From assembly GCA_964016885.1 (NCBI GenBank), contig OZ024746.1, forward strand, positions 13,082,001 to 13,146,000: a stretch of 64,000 nucleotides of DNA, read 5' to 3'. Below the pieces are notes generated by a model. That model was not told the origin of the DNA. It did no database searches and saw only the letters and a list, made by a program, of their open reading frames with translations. Made by a program: the position numbers and the translations under genes. Source of the stretch: Eledone cirrhosa. Lineage: Eukaryota. Shown piece after piece: positions 38,850 to 51,817 of this stretch (its first letter is position 1; the number at the start of each line of letters is the position of its first letter).

Positions 38850-39806
38850 TGTGTGTGTGTATCTGTGTTTGTGTGCCTGTTTAGTGTGGAGAAGAAAGTA
38901 TGCACATTGTAAAACTATTGCCTATTAAAAGTTGTGTATTTGAGCTCTTGTTAAAAGGTGGTCTTGAGAGATCATTGCAGTTCTTGTATGAGCTCAATTG
39001 TTACTAGTTGGAGGTATAATTGTAGTTCTGTATGGTGGTATCTAGGCTACCAATAAAACCTATATCTGGAGTAATGATTTCATTGCTAGTCCACAGTCAA
39101 TAACTGCTGTTGTGTCTGTTGTAATGACCACTAGAAATACTATGGCTACTAATTCTTTTGATGTGGTAAACACTACATTGTGATTTACAGACCTGCCAAA
39201 CGGGGAGTACCATGAAAAAAAGTGCCCCAACAAAAGGAGAAATGAGGCGAAATAAGGAGATTTTACATAATGAAAGCTATACCCATTTTCACAAGCGGAG
39301 ACATCTCTCACCCACCCCAAAGTGGGTAGGAGATCTCCCAGTCCAATGGGGAGAGTTGACAGGTCTGGATTTAGTATTGTGTCTCTGGGTTGTATTGGCT
39401 GGCCATATCGCTTGTGGGATGGGCTGCATGCCTGACAACTACTACCAACAATTCTAGTTGATAAGTTCCTCTACAACACAATTCTACATCAACTCCTCTT
39501 TTGTGTAATTAGAGGTGCTCATTAATATGACATCAGTCTAAATTGTTAATTTTTCTGAAAGGTGATGGTGTAAGTCCATTTGTTAAAGTAGGTGCACAAG
39601 CTGATTGGTCCAAAATGTAGCAACATAATCACATCTGTTGATGCTAAAGTGACTCAGCAGATGACTGGTTGTTGATGCAGCGCTCAGTCTCCTCACTACC
39701 ATCCACTCCATGCTTGTTTCATCCTCATCACATGAGGAAGGCTGTCTTTTGTAATACAGAAACATGATCCTGTGTCATATCTTCCATGAGGCTTAGCTTC
39801 ATGAGA

Positions 39807-39984
39807 TCAGCCTTCACCACATTGTTCTACGTTTTCCCTAGGTCAGCCTTCAGCACATTGTTCTATGTTTTCCCTAGGTCAGCCTTCACCACATTGTTCT
39901 ATGTTTTCCCTAGGTCAGCCTTCACCACATTGTTCTATGTTTTCCCTAGGTCAGCCTTCACCACATTGTTCCATGTTTTCCTAG
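39807..39984. repeat. 36-bp tandem repeat x5 inside an RTE ORF C-terminus remnant
   Basis: Unit TCAGCCTTCACCACATTGTTCTATGTTTTCCCTAGG. The minus strand of the last unit reads PRKTWNNVVKAD (compare GRPKMTWDEVIKAD). Confidence 0.9.
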
Positions 39985-41174
39985 GGTTTTCCTCTGTGGC
40001 AGGTTCCATCAATTTCAAGTGCCCTTATATATATATACCAAATGAATCTTAAAATCGATTGCATCTTAAAATCCCATACTAGCCAATGAAACAGATGTTA
40101 ATACCTGGAATAAACCCTACTGAACAGCTCATCTGTGTTATTCTTCATTCATTCATTATTAATACTCCGGGAACTGCTTACCTCGGAACTGTCCGAAATC
40201 AGCCATCCAAACAAACACCACAACTAAGTAAACATCCTGTTGAGTCAACCAACACTGCACATTAAAATCCTCCACCGTACAGATTACTCATAACCTCTAC
40301 TTGGATTACCTTAAATGATACCTCGTTTACTTCTATATGGTATGGTATGGTTCTGTAACTCCAGATGGAGTCGTCAGGGCACCATAATGGCATATGGCGT
40401 TTCTTGGGCATTTTAAACCTGGTGGAGCCCATCCCTCTCCAGGTTTGGACACAGCAGATTTCTTCCAGAGACGGATATTAAGTGAGAGAAAAGAAGTAGG
40501 AAAGAGATGTAGTGGAAGAATCAACCCCAGTACTAGACTGGTACTTTTTTTATTGACCTCGAAAGGAAGAAAAGCACAATTGACCTTGTTGGGATTTGAC
40601 CTCAGAGAGCCAGAACAAATACCACAAAGCATTCTGTCCAACATTATAATGACTCTGTGAATTTGCTGTATTTGTATGCATATATGTACGTATGTATGTG
40701 GTGCACAGTCTTTCCTCACTTTAAAAAATATCTTCATGCACAGGCATTGTACGATAGAATTAATTAATAATTATTAATAATGGTATATCGTGCAATGGCC
40801 ATACTCGATAACGAGGGGGCAGCCATCATCATGTATGTATATATGTATACATGTATACACATATATACAAAATTTCTTAGAGATGATGACTTGAATAGAC
40901 CTGTTTTTTCTCTAAGAAATTTTTTTTTTCGTTCCTGCCACTGCCCACTCTCCTCTATCTCTCTATCTTTATCTTTAATTTCTCTGGTTAGAGAACATAG
41001 CAAAACTGTCACACTCATTCACACCAGTCATCACAAAATGTCCACACTCTGCCATCACACATAGACCAAGAGAGAGAGACCCGGTCTGCACTTCGAATGT
41101 GTTGTCACTGGCCCCTCATTTCCTACAAAAGCTCCCCTGCAATTCCGACTCCCTAGCCATCCCCACATATATAT

Positions 41175-41215
<41 letters not shown>

Positions 41216-41496
41216 TTTAAATAGAACCATAAAGCAGCCACATAGCGAAATGAGTCATCAATTTTCAACAAATCAAACCAGCAGACCATGTCTCTCGCCA
41301 TCGTAAAAAACCTAACTTAATACATAAATTGGTCTTCTCTTTGATTAAAACTATAAAATATTTGAGTCTGTAAGGAAGTATAAAACCTCTTTGAGAGCAT
41401 TAATGGTAGATATGTGTAGTGAAATAGTTCTGTTCATTAGGGATTTACCTCTGTCTTTATCCAGACTTATAAACATTAAAGAACTGAGTCATACTT

Positions 41497-41904
41497 TTAA
41501 ACCCTTTGACATCAAACTGCATGAAATGGCCCCTCACTCTCACATAAAAAAACTGCCCATTTGAAACTGTTTATATTTATCTAAAAACCTTCCATTATAA
41601 TTTTATCTAATAGTTACGTCCCTTTACGATCTGAGTTCAAATCCCGCCGAGGTTGACTTTGCCTTTCATCCTTACGGGGTCGATAAAATAAAGTACCAGT
41701 AATGCACTGGGTAATTGCTGGCCTTGTGCCTAAAGTAGAAACAATTATAATTTTATCTAAGCAGCTTTATGTTCCAAACATCAGCTTAATAATAAGAAGG
41801 CTAAGTTATATTACTAAATCCTACCAAATTCTTGATTATTTTCAAAATTATTTGAAAATCATATGCATTGTCTTTCATTAGAAATATGGTAATGAAAGGA
41901 TTAA
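41497..41904. mobile_element. piggyBac-type MITE with a nested 5'-truncated Nin-SINE (41611-41743, +)
   Basis: The SINE is flanked by a 17-bp TSD, ATTATAATTTTATCTAA (41594-41610 and 41744-41760). B-box GAGTTCAAATCC and Nin motif GCCTTTCATCCTTACGGGGTCGATAAAAT. Confidence 0.8.
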
Positions 41905-42128
41905 CCCTTTAGCATTTAAACCGGCCATATCTGCCCAGAATTCTCTCACCTTTTCTGTTCAAACCGGTTGTAACCGGCCACTCATACCGATGTAAAGGTA
42001 TTGTTCCCAAAATAAATAATATCAAAATCTCATAGATTCGATATTATGTGAGATATTATGTAAGGTAAAAGCCTTTACTATGAAAATACAATAGAAAATA
42101 CAGAGTAATGTAAATGCTAAAGGGTTAA
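41901..42128. mobile_element. piggyBac-type MITE
   Basis: TTAA-CCCTTTAGCATTTA ... TAAATGCTAAAGGG-TTAA (perfect 14-bp TIR). Shares its TTAA with the preceding MITE. Confidence 0.9.
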
Positions 42129-43298
42129 ACAGTGGCATTACTTCTCACAAAAAGCAACAAGGTAATTAGATTGTTTATTTTGTGGCTGATACTATTAAAT
42201 GAGTAGTGAAAAGAATGTAGACTTTCCTGCCATTATCATGCACCATGTTTTTATTTCCAGCTGTCAAAAGTCTTCTAATCATAAGAATCCCCACTCTTAA
42301 TTGATAATAAATGGCAGTTACTCAGCTGAAAAGTGTGTGGGAAGCTGGGAAAAGTATTAACTAAGTGAGGCAAATAGATTAACATGGCTTTGTGCAAATG
42401 GACTTAAGATTTACCACTTTAAATACCCAGACACTCTGCTCTATTAGAAACAGTGCCTCTCTAATAGATTATATTATTTTGACTGGGCATAAATACCCTA
42501 TGTATTAGGGATGATAGACAGTTGTATGACTCATACCTTTCCCAAGAAGATTAGTTCTGTTAGTGACTGGATTATGGTTTTGGCATGCTGGGAGCTTGTC
42601 TTAGAATATATAAATTTCTTACAACAGCATAGAGACTCAAATTCATAAATAGAGGAAATGGGGTTGTGTGATGTTCATGGTTGGTTTATTTTTTATTTTT
42701 GTTTTTCAAATGAGACAGTAACTGAAATAGAAATATTATGTATTGATGTCAATAAATTATCAGTAAAGTTTTTATGACATATACAGTTGTGAGGGGAAAT
42801 AGAGAAAGAAAAACTGTAGAAATATTGTAACTACTAACATTAAATTCAGTTATATTTGCTTGCTACATGCTGAGCATGTTTATTTTGCTGTGCCTGTACT
42901 ATAAACCAACAAGTTCACATATCTTTATTGAAAGGTGTTGCATATGAGAACAAAGGAAGCAGTTTCAGTTCAACTTCCTACATATGGATTTAACTAATTT
43001 TTGGTATCACATAGAACATGTTGAAATGACTGGTAGGGTGGTATCACATAGAAAATGTTGAAATGACTGGTAGGGTGGTATAAATGCTTTATATTAAATC
43101 AATAACTGCCCTCTTTCCTCCGGCTGCATCCAATAAGAGACTTTTCAAAAAAAGAATTAGATTCAATTTCTCTTCGGAATGGAATTTATTGAAAGCTAAC
43201 AATAAAACATGTTTACATTTTTATTTTTATCTTTATATTACATTGAATTAAAAAAAAAATTCTTAATTTTTTCTTTTTTATTATTTCAATTCTTCCAG

Positions 43299-43378
43299 CA
43301 ACCCAACTAAGGCTCCTAACAGCTATCTATCTTGTTACTCAACTTAGAGACTGAACTATCAAATGCCAATTTGTAAAA
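43299..43378 (+). other. Putative non-coding or 5'UTR exon
   Basis: Long pyrimidine tract with TTCCAG acceptor and AAA/GTATGT donor. Stops occur in all three frames, with an ATG near the end. Confidence 0.35.
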
Positions 43379-45336
43379 GTATGTTTAATTATTTATTATT
43401 TTTTTAGAAGAAAAAATATGGTAGCCTGTGTAAAATAACATTAATTAATGTACTTTTTTAATTATATGTTTGTGTCTTTACTGGAAAAGAGACTTTAATT
43501 AAATAGTATTTGAAATCTGTGTATTTTTGTTTAAAAGACAATAATAGTTAATCCTTAGTTCTTCAGTTTGTTTTAGCAATTACAACCAAGCCCATGCTGG
43601 AGCATGGCCTTTGATAGTAATTTATTTTATTTTTTATTGAAAGATCTTAGTGTACATTATCTTGAAGTCAATGATTGTTCATTATGATCATTTAATAGAT
43701 TTTGTTTACTGAGATATTTTGTGAAGAAGCTATTTGTTTATTAAATAGATTGATCAATGAAATTGTCATGTAAATTAGTGGAGTATCACAAGAATAATAT
43801 TGTGTCTGAAAAGTTGCAGACTTATTTTATGGGTACCAGATCTCAGGTTTATACTGGAGTGATTTTATATAGCAATTAAGATTTCTCAAGGGCATAAATG
43901 TAAAATGGAAACAACTGGGTATTGTAACAACAACAAGCACAACAACAACAACAGGAACAATAACAATTAGGATTTATTTGGTTACAATTGTAACAAAGAA
44001 ACAGCTATTACAATGCAGTACAATACAATACAAAAAGAAAAGAATGGTTAATGGATATGGTATGTCTGTGATAAGTATTTAAGTCCCCAACAGTAAGTTC
44101 TAATATTGAGGTGTCTGTTATAACTATGTATCATGATAAAACAGGATATTTGGAAATATCAAGATCTTATGAAAAACAAAGGAATTGTAATAACTAGGGT
44201 TGAGACTCCAATAGAAAAGGTTTAAATCATTCAACACACTATGCCACATAAGTTTCACATTCAATATTGCTACAATTTCTCTGAGTACTATCAAGTGTAT
44301 GACTAACACTCCAGTCCTGCTATCAGAAGCCTCAATAGTTAGAGTTGTTTCCCACTTCATTGAAAATCTTATCAAAACAGGGTATTGTATAATAGCTGAT
44401 TATTAGAATTGTAAATTATCATTGCAAATTGTTATGTTTATGATGACTTATCAGCTGTGTTGAGGACATGACAACCCCCTTAGTGCTGGTGTCTTGATAA
44501 CATGCTCTCAGTAGTGCACAGAATTGTAAGAGAACCTTGTGGGCCGCTGGGCTGTCTGAGCACTCAGTAAGGTGCAGGAACATAAGCAAGATGAAGGCTC
44601 CTGGTCTAACATGGTGTCATTACCTACACTTTGAATGCTAGTCCTGTCTGTTGATGACCTGGCCAACCAGTGCTAGCAGGGAAAGAAGATGTTAAATGAT
44701 GGCGATGATGATAATATAAGACCCCAACTATAAATTCAAACTTCAGACATCTGTCATAATTGAGTGTTGGGATTCATCCACATTATCCAAGTGACACATC
44801 GTAAAAACTCTTCTCTACATTGAATTAGTAGTTACCTTAGTCTTGACCATGTACAAGCATGTAAAATGCATGCAATGTTACAACTAAAACAGCATTAACA
44901 TATCAATGACATCACAAACTGGGGAGGTAGACACAGTCTGTAAATTTTAATCAGGGATATTTGAATATTAATAATAGTAAAGAGAACAAAACAAGCAGAT
45001 ATCTAGAATTCTCTAAATATAATAAAATAAATTTATAACTAAATAGGCTCCCCAGAAAGAAGACAGCCATTCAAGATGGATAAATGCATCATCAAACCCT
45101 GAATGATATTTGCTGAAGCAGATGCCCTTTTCTTGCTCTAAACCAGTCTGCAACACTGGAGGTAGAGCAGTCAAACCTGCTGTAACACATATTTCATAAA
45201 ATTTACTCTAGTCTATTTCAAGTAATTATTTATAGCAGTCAACATGAATTTAATTGAGAAATAAATTTACTTCAGCTCTTTCACTTTTCATTATCATAAC
45301 TCTGTTTTTATGATAGCATCTCTACACAGAAACTGC

Positions 45337-45610
45337 TTAACTCTTTTGTTAGCGTATTTCTAATTAAATATTTTGTACTTTAAGGCAAGCCCATATTAAC
45401 ATAGCAACCAGTTTTTTTAGAAGTACAAAGAATTTGGGAAGTATTTACTAAAATTATAGTTTCATTAAGATGGTATTTGTAACATTACAAAATCTTCTAA
45501 TATAAAATTATGTTGGAAGATTTAGATTTAAGTTGGAATCCTTTAAAATGGGTGGTTGTGTTTCGTGGAATCAGTGCTGGTTTTGAGCAGGTTGGTATCA
45601 AAAGAGTTCA
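45337..45610. mobile_element. Decayed piggyBac-type MITE (28672 family, inverted)
   Basis: TTAACTCTTTTG ... CAAAAGAGTT ends, with internal TATAAAATTATGTTGGAAGATTT. Confidence 0.65.
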
Positions 45611-47074
45611 ACCAACTTTGTCTATAAAAACAATAATGTGTTTGACATGACCCAATTTCCTTCAGAGTTTTGGGTTCTGGATGAGTGTGTCAGGACAGTT
45701 TCTTCAACAGCACTGCCATGTATACTAAGGAGTTTTTAATATTATTTACAATCATTGCACATATGTTTTACAATGGTGGTAAACTCGTAGCAAAAAACCC
45801 TGCAAAGTAACAAACCATTTCACTTTACATTTATCATGTACTCAGGATTACTGGCAGTAGTCAATAATGTAGAGAGACTGGCTCTGCAGGTTGACTTGCC
45901 CTTGACATACTACATTAAACTGAAGCTTTTCATAGTAACCCAATGACCATTTAAAGATAATCAGTAATTTTATTTTTATTATAACCATTGACCTGAAGGA
46001 AGTTCCTTTAGAAAATGCTATTTTCCACTTCTTCAGAACATCACATGGACCACTGTCAAGCATTGTTTATTAATTCTGCTTTGAAAAAAAATGTAATAAA
46101 TATTTTCAATATCTGTATCCCAATATATATTTTTCATTAATGCCAAATCTGCCATACAAAGTTTTTTTTATTTGTCTTTGAATGTCGTGAATATTAGATA
46201 ATATAAAGAAAATGAACAGACTAAATATAGAAATTGTTTGTTTCCCGTCAACCTTTTGAAACTTGAATGTTCAACACCAATTTTTACTTATATTTTTCTT
46301 ATCTACATGTTTTTTAAGTTGATTTTTCAAGTTACTATTCCTCTTAGCTAATGTTGTCAATAATGAAATCAAAATAATTGAATTATGTTGGTTTATTTAT
46401 TGTCAGAAAATGCCATAAAATAATTTTATTGAAGGTTCTATGAATTTCCTTAGAAAATTTTGCTTTCAGTCGAAAATCTTTTCTCTTAAATGAAAGATCC
46501 TTTCCGAAACACCAGATTCCTCTTCTCCCCGAGGTATACAAACTTATCCAAACTCGTAAACCTTCTTCTATAAATTTTTGGGCTTTGGTTTTTACATTTC
46601 ATTGCAACAAATTTTTTCGGTATTAGACATTAACAATTTTTCTTTGAAAGTAACTCTTTCTCATCTTTTTATTTCACTCTTATCAAAATAGTATCTCTTA
46701 ATATTTTCCTTGTTAGTTCATTGTGAACAAAAACAGCTTTCATATTTAATATTATAGAGAAAATATAACTGTGAAACAGCTATAGAAAATGATTTAGACA
46801 TGTTATTACAAAGAGATGCAGTAGAAATGTCAGAAGGAACAGTTATATAGAATTATGATTCAAATGTTGGAATGAAGCACAATTATCTGTGATGAATGGA
46901 AGCCCTTCTACCAACACTGTCAAAAATAAGTTTTAAAAAATGATTGTAAAAGCTAAATGTTTTACTCAACAAGGAGTTGAGATGTGAAGATTATTTGCAA
47001 GGAAGAGTTAGCAAGCAAGCAAATGGCTTTCTGTTAATGTTAATAATATAGAAGGGTGTATATATATATATATA

Positions 47075-47293
47075 ACGAAGGAATTGTGGTAAGAAACCAG
47101 ATGGACTGTAATGCACCAGAGTACTCAATACTTAGGGTAGTAGAGTGGGTAATAAGAAAAAGTATGACCCCCAACGGCAGAGTTCAAGCCGTTTCGACAG
47201 CTATTTCTAGACTAAAATCAGTCTAGACTAAAATTAGTCAAGAAATAACCGTTGAAACGGCTTGAGCTCTGCCGTCAGGGTCATACTTTTTCC
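47075..47293 (-). mobile_element. Short fold-back element (hairpin 47156-47292 plus extension) in (TA)n, with a hammerhead 3' half
   Basis: Inverted arms of ~65 bp. GAAA-CGGC..GCCG-TC at 47254-47276. Extension motif GTACTCAATAC..TAGTAGAGTG is shared with 9491-9512. Confidence 0.7.
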
Positions 47294-47304
47294 TATATAT
47301 ATAT

Positions 47305-47421
47305 AAGGAAGGAAGGTGGACCATAACCCACCAAAGTACTATGGGTAGTAGAGGGGGTAATAGCAAAAGAGTCAGGACCCCAATGGCCGGAGCTTAGCCA
47401 TCGGGGTCCTGGCTCTTTTCC
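47305..47421 (-). mobile_element. Shorter relative of the preceding fold-back element (hairpin 47365-47419)
   Basis: AAAAGAGTCAGGACCCCAATGGC / GCCATCGGGGTCCTGGCTCTTTT. Shares GGGTAGTAGAG.GGGTAATA and the TTTTCC-TATATA end. Confidence 0.7.
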
Positions 47422-48238
47422 TATATATATATATATACTATGGATAGATTTGGCTAGTATATAGAACTGTAAACTATTTAGTAATGAATTACTTCTGACC
47501 TCAGTGAAGGAAGCTGATTTTTTAAAATACAGATTTTTTTATGATACATGCTTGTCTCAAATGATATATCATGTATGAAGAAAATGATTGTTCATTTTAT
47601 TTTAATGTTTCAAAGTTTTCCAATTGTTATTATACAAGTCAACAATTTTTCACAAACCATAAGGAGTTCTCTTTAGCCTCAAACATATAAATGTTGATAT
47701 TGATAAGATATGGTTCTATCATATTTAATGTTACCCAGAAAGTCTGGGTAAATTGAAACAGATAGAATTACATATATTGCCTAGTGACACAACAAAACAC
47801 TTACTATGAGATATAAATTACTGACTTGCGCACAGCAGATACATTAATATATTATTTCTTGGCTATATATTCTCATCTATTCAAATGTGTCATTCATTAA
47901 TAGAGATAACGTGAATACATTTTAATGGAGTGCATTAGTTTATGTCAATCTTTCTCCGCCCCCTCTTTCTTTCTCTCCATCTCTCTCTCCCTCTATATTC
48001 ACTTTTTTCCTACTTCTCACATTTATTCATTCATATCTGTTTTAAGTAATAAATCAATTTATTGTGTAACCAGCATGTAGCAATTGTCTTCCTACATTTT
48101 CTCTGTACTTAACTCTAGTTTATATAGAACTGTCATTTGATGGAATGAATAAATATTAAGTAAAGATAATATAGGAAAAATTATATCTGGAATGATGGCA
48201 TTAAGAATATCTTTAACAGAAGAAATAAGGATGAGTGA

Positions 48239-48382
48239 AATTGGAGATAAATGATCCAGCTCAATTGGAAATAAATGATCCAGCTCAATTGGAGATAAAT
48301 GATCCAGCTCAATTGGAAATAAATGATCCAGCTCAATTGGAAATAAATGATCCAGCTCAATTGGAAATAAATGATCCAGCTC
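48239..48382. repeat. 24-bp tandem repeat x6
   Basis: Unit AATTGGARATAAATGATCCAGCTC. Confidence 0.95.
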
Positions 48383-48695
48383 ATTTTCCCAACCAAATTG
48401 TGTTTGTTTAGAAATGTGGTATTAAAACATGAATCAAGAAATGTTCAGTTTTTTTTTCTTGTTTTTTTCTTCCTTTCTTTTTTTTTTAAAACAGAAACCC
48501 TATGTTTGTTTTGCTATGTTGCTTTAGTTAGATGAGGCCAGAATTTCACATATTCACCATTAACACAGGAAAGAAATAATTTCTAACTAATTTACCTTTT
48601 TGTTATATATTCAATGTTTGCCATATCTAAAATTACAAGGCATTGCTTATAATAGGTTTTGAACTCATACTCTAAGAATTTATTGTTCAATAGTT

Positions 48696-48895
48696 TTACC
48701 CTTTAGCATTTAAGTCAGCCGTATCCAGCCAGAATTCCCTCACCTCATTCTGTTCAAACTGGTAACTGGCCACTCATACTGATGGTAAGGTATTGTTCTC
48801 AAAATAAATATCAAAATCTCATAGCTTCGACATTGTGTGAGATAAAGTCTTTACCATGAAAATATGATAGAGTACTGTAAATGTTAAAGGGTTAA
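48696..48895. mobile_element. piggyBac-type MITE (copy of the 41901 family)
   Basis: CCCTTTAGCATTTA ... TAAATGTTAAAGGGTTAA, with internal sequence similar to 41901-42128. Confidence 0.85.
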
Positions 48896-49091
48896 ATCAT
48901 TCAAGTGACAGTTATTATATTCTATAAAACACTCGTAAGATCTATAAAATCAGTCAATGTTAGTAAATATTTATAAAATCAGTTAATATTAATGAACATT
49001 TTTGTTTTTAATTTTCTAAAATTCCATATGAATTAACTTTATACTAATGAAACTCTATATTAACCAAATCAAATAGCTATATTTTCACACA

Positions 49092-49151
<60 letters not shown>

Positions 49152-49169
49152 TATATGTATGTATATATA

Positions 49170-49616
49170 TTAACGGTCTGGGATTTTAAATAGTGTTATT
49201 TCAACTCTTTCATCTTGACGTTGGTAGAGTATTTCACCTTCAAACTTTAAAAGCTTGTGCCGGCGAGCCCGTATTAACATACCAACGAGTTTATTAGAAA
49301 TACGTAAGTAAGCCTGAAATAATTCACCAAATGTCACTACGACAGTTTTATCAGGTTGTGTTATTCCAATCTCAGCTATTATCATACAAAGTTCCTGGAT
49401 TTCATTGTAAACTGATTGCAACGCTTTTTGGCCACGAATTGCTGACAGTGTACCTTCAACTGGTCTTCCATAGTTTTCATCTGTTTTTGACAACGTTTGC
49501 CGATGAGAGGCACCATCCCATAATGAAAATGGATTAATTAATTGTTGTTCTTTGTGCTCATCTACACGTGTCTGCCAATTAGAGATTTCTGAGACCAAAT
49601 TTTTAGAAACAGGCAT
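49170..49616 (-). CDS. ABRA: Actin-binding Rho-activating protein (STARS) homologue, C-terminal Costars domain; last or only coding exon
   Basis: WQ..DEH..QQLINPFS, YGRPVEGT, VTFGELFQAYLRISNKLVGMLIRARRHKLLKFEGEILYQRQDERVEITL are ABRA/Costars hallmarks. Splice acceptor TTCCTCAACAG lies immediately before 49617. Confidence 0.92.
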   Translation of the reverse strand: MPVSKNLVSEISNWQTRVDEHKEQQLINPFSLWDGASHRQTLSKTDENYGRPVEGTLSAIRGQKALQSVYNEIQELCMIIAEIGITQPDKTVVVTFGELFQAYLRISNKLVGMLIRARRHKLLKFEGEILYQRQDERVEITLFKIPDR

Positions 49617-49849
49617 TCTGTTGAGGAATTTAAAAAACTATTATTAGAGAGAAAGTTAAAGGTAAATTGATTTACTCAGAATGAAATTAATAAAATGAAT
49701 CTCAATAATATAATATTTAATTACAAAACACATACAAAAGAACATACACATACACACACTACTAAGAATACATACATATAGACATACACATAGGTACACC
49801 AAAAACAATTTAACTCATTTACATATCACCTGATACAAAGACGCTGTTC

Positions 49850-51290
49850 ACAACACACACACATATCCATATAGACACACACACAGACACACTCTTTTGT
49901 AATACACACATATAGACAAACACATAAATCAAACTACACACACACTAATAATACAGACACACACAGACACTCATTTGTAATACACACATGCAGACAAACA
50001 CATAAATCAAACTACACACACACACACTAATAATACAGACATACACAGACACACTCATTTGTAATACACACATACAGACAAACACATATATATCAAACTA
50101 CACCCACACACACACTAATAATACAAACATACACAGACACACTCATTTGTAATACACACATATAGACAAACATATATATCAAACTACACACACACACACT
50201 AATAATACAGACATACACAGACAAACACATATATATCAAACTACACACACACACTAATAATACAGACATACACAGACATACTCATTTGTAATACACACAT
50301 ACAGACAAACACATAAATCAAACTACACACACACACACACTAATAATACAGACATACACAGACACACTCATTTGTAATACACACATACAGACAAACACAT
50401 AAATCAAACTACTCACACACACACTAATAATACAGTTCACAACACACACACATATCCATATAGACACACACACAGACACACTCTTTTGTAATACACACAT
50501 ATAGACAAACACATAAATCAAACTACACACACACTAATAATACAGACACACACAGACACACTCATTTGTAATACACACATGCAGACAAACACATAAATCA
50601 AACTACACACACACTAATAATACAGACATACACAGACACACTCATTTGTAATACACACATACAGACAAACACATATATATCAAACTACACCCACACACAC
50701 ACTAATAATACAGACATACACAGACACACTCATTTGTAATACACACATATAGACAAACATATATATCAAACTACACACACACACACTAATAATACAGACA
50801 TACACAGACAAACACATATATATCAAACTACACACACACACACACTAATAATACAGACATACAGAGACACACTCATTTGTAATACACACATACAGACAAA
50901 CACATAAATCAAACTACTCACACACACACTAATAATACAGACACACACAGACACACTCATTTGTAATACACACATACAGACAAACACATAAATCAAACTA
51001 CACACACACACACTAATAATACAGACATACACAGACACACTCATTTGTAATACACACATATAGACAAACACATAAATCAAACTACACACACACGCCAATA
51101 ATACTGACAGATACACACACACACACACCAATAATACTGACAGATACACACACACACACCAATAATACAGACAGATACACACACACACACACCAATAATA
51201 CTGACAGATACACACACACACACACCAATAATACTGACAGATACACACACACACACACACACACACACACCAATAATACTGACACACACA
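49850..51290. repeat. Compound CA-rich minisatellite (~70-bp higher-order unit, then ~30-bp units)
   Basis: Recurrent ATCAAACTA(CA)nCTAATAATACAGAC..CTCATTTGTAATACACACAT..AGACAAAC. Confidence 0.9.
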
Positions 51291-51548
51291 TAGATATTGA
51301 CTTGTTAGATTAATGAGAGATCAGAAGTTTGTTAGGGTGGAGTATAATCATCATAATGATATCACATGATCGGTAATTATTGTATTGACCCCTGGAACTA
51401 TAAAAGGTCAAATTGACCCTTACATATGTTCTATCAGACCCCTGGAACTATAAAAGGTCAAATTGACCCTTACATATGTTCTATCAGACATCATTGCCTC
51501 CTGAATACACAGACAGGAAACTAAAAGTACCAATGGAGTTTTGAACGA

Positions 51549-51766
51549 ATATATATATATGTGTGTGTGTGTCTATATATATGTGTGTGTGTGTGTGTGT
51601 GTCTATATATATGTGTGTGTGTGTCTATATATATATGTGTGTGTGTCATATATATATATATGTGTGTGTGTGTGTGTCTATATATATGTGTGTGTGTGTG
51701 TGTGTCTATATATATATGTGTGTGTGTGTGTCTATATATATATATGTGTGTGTGTGTCTATATATA

Positions 51767-51817
<51 letters not shown>

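Noticed and set aside
40335-40410. Minus-strand CTGACGA-CTCC/GGAG hairpin as a hammerhead
   Set aside because: The stem is followed by TTAC rather than GAAA. More likely the 3' stem-loop of a SINE or LINE with an (ATACC)n tail.
46750-47010. Possible MULE-like transposase relic (PSTNT-like peptide)
   Set aside because: Too short and stop-ridden to support without a profile search.
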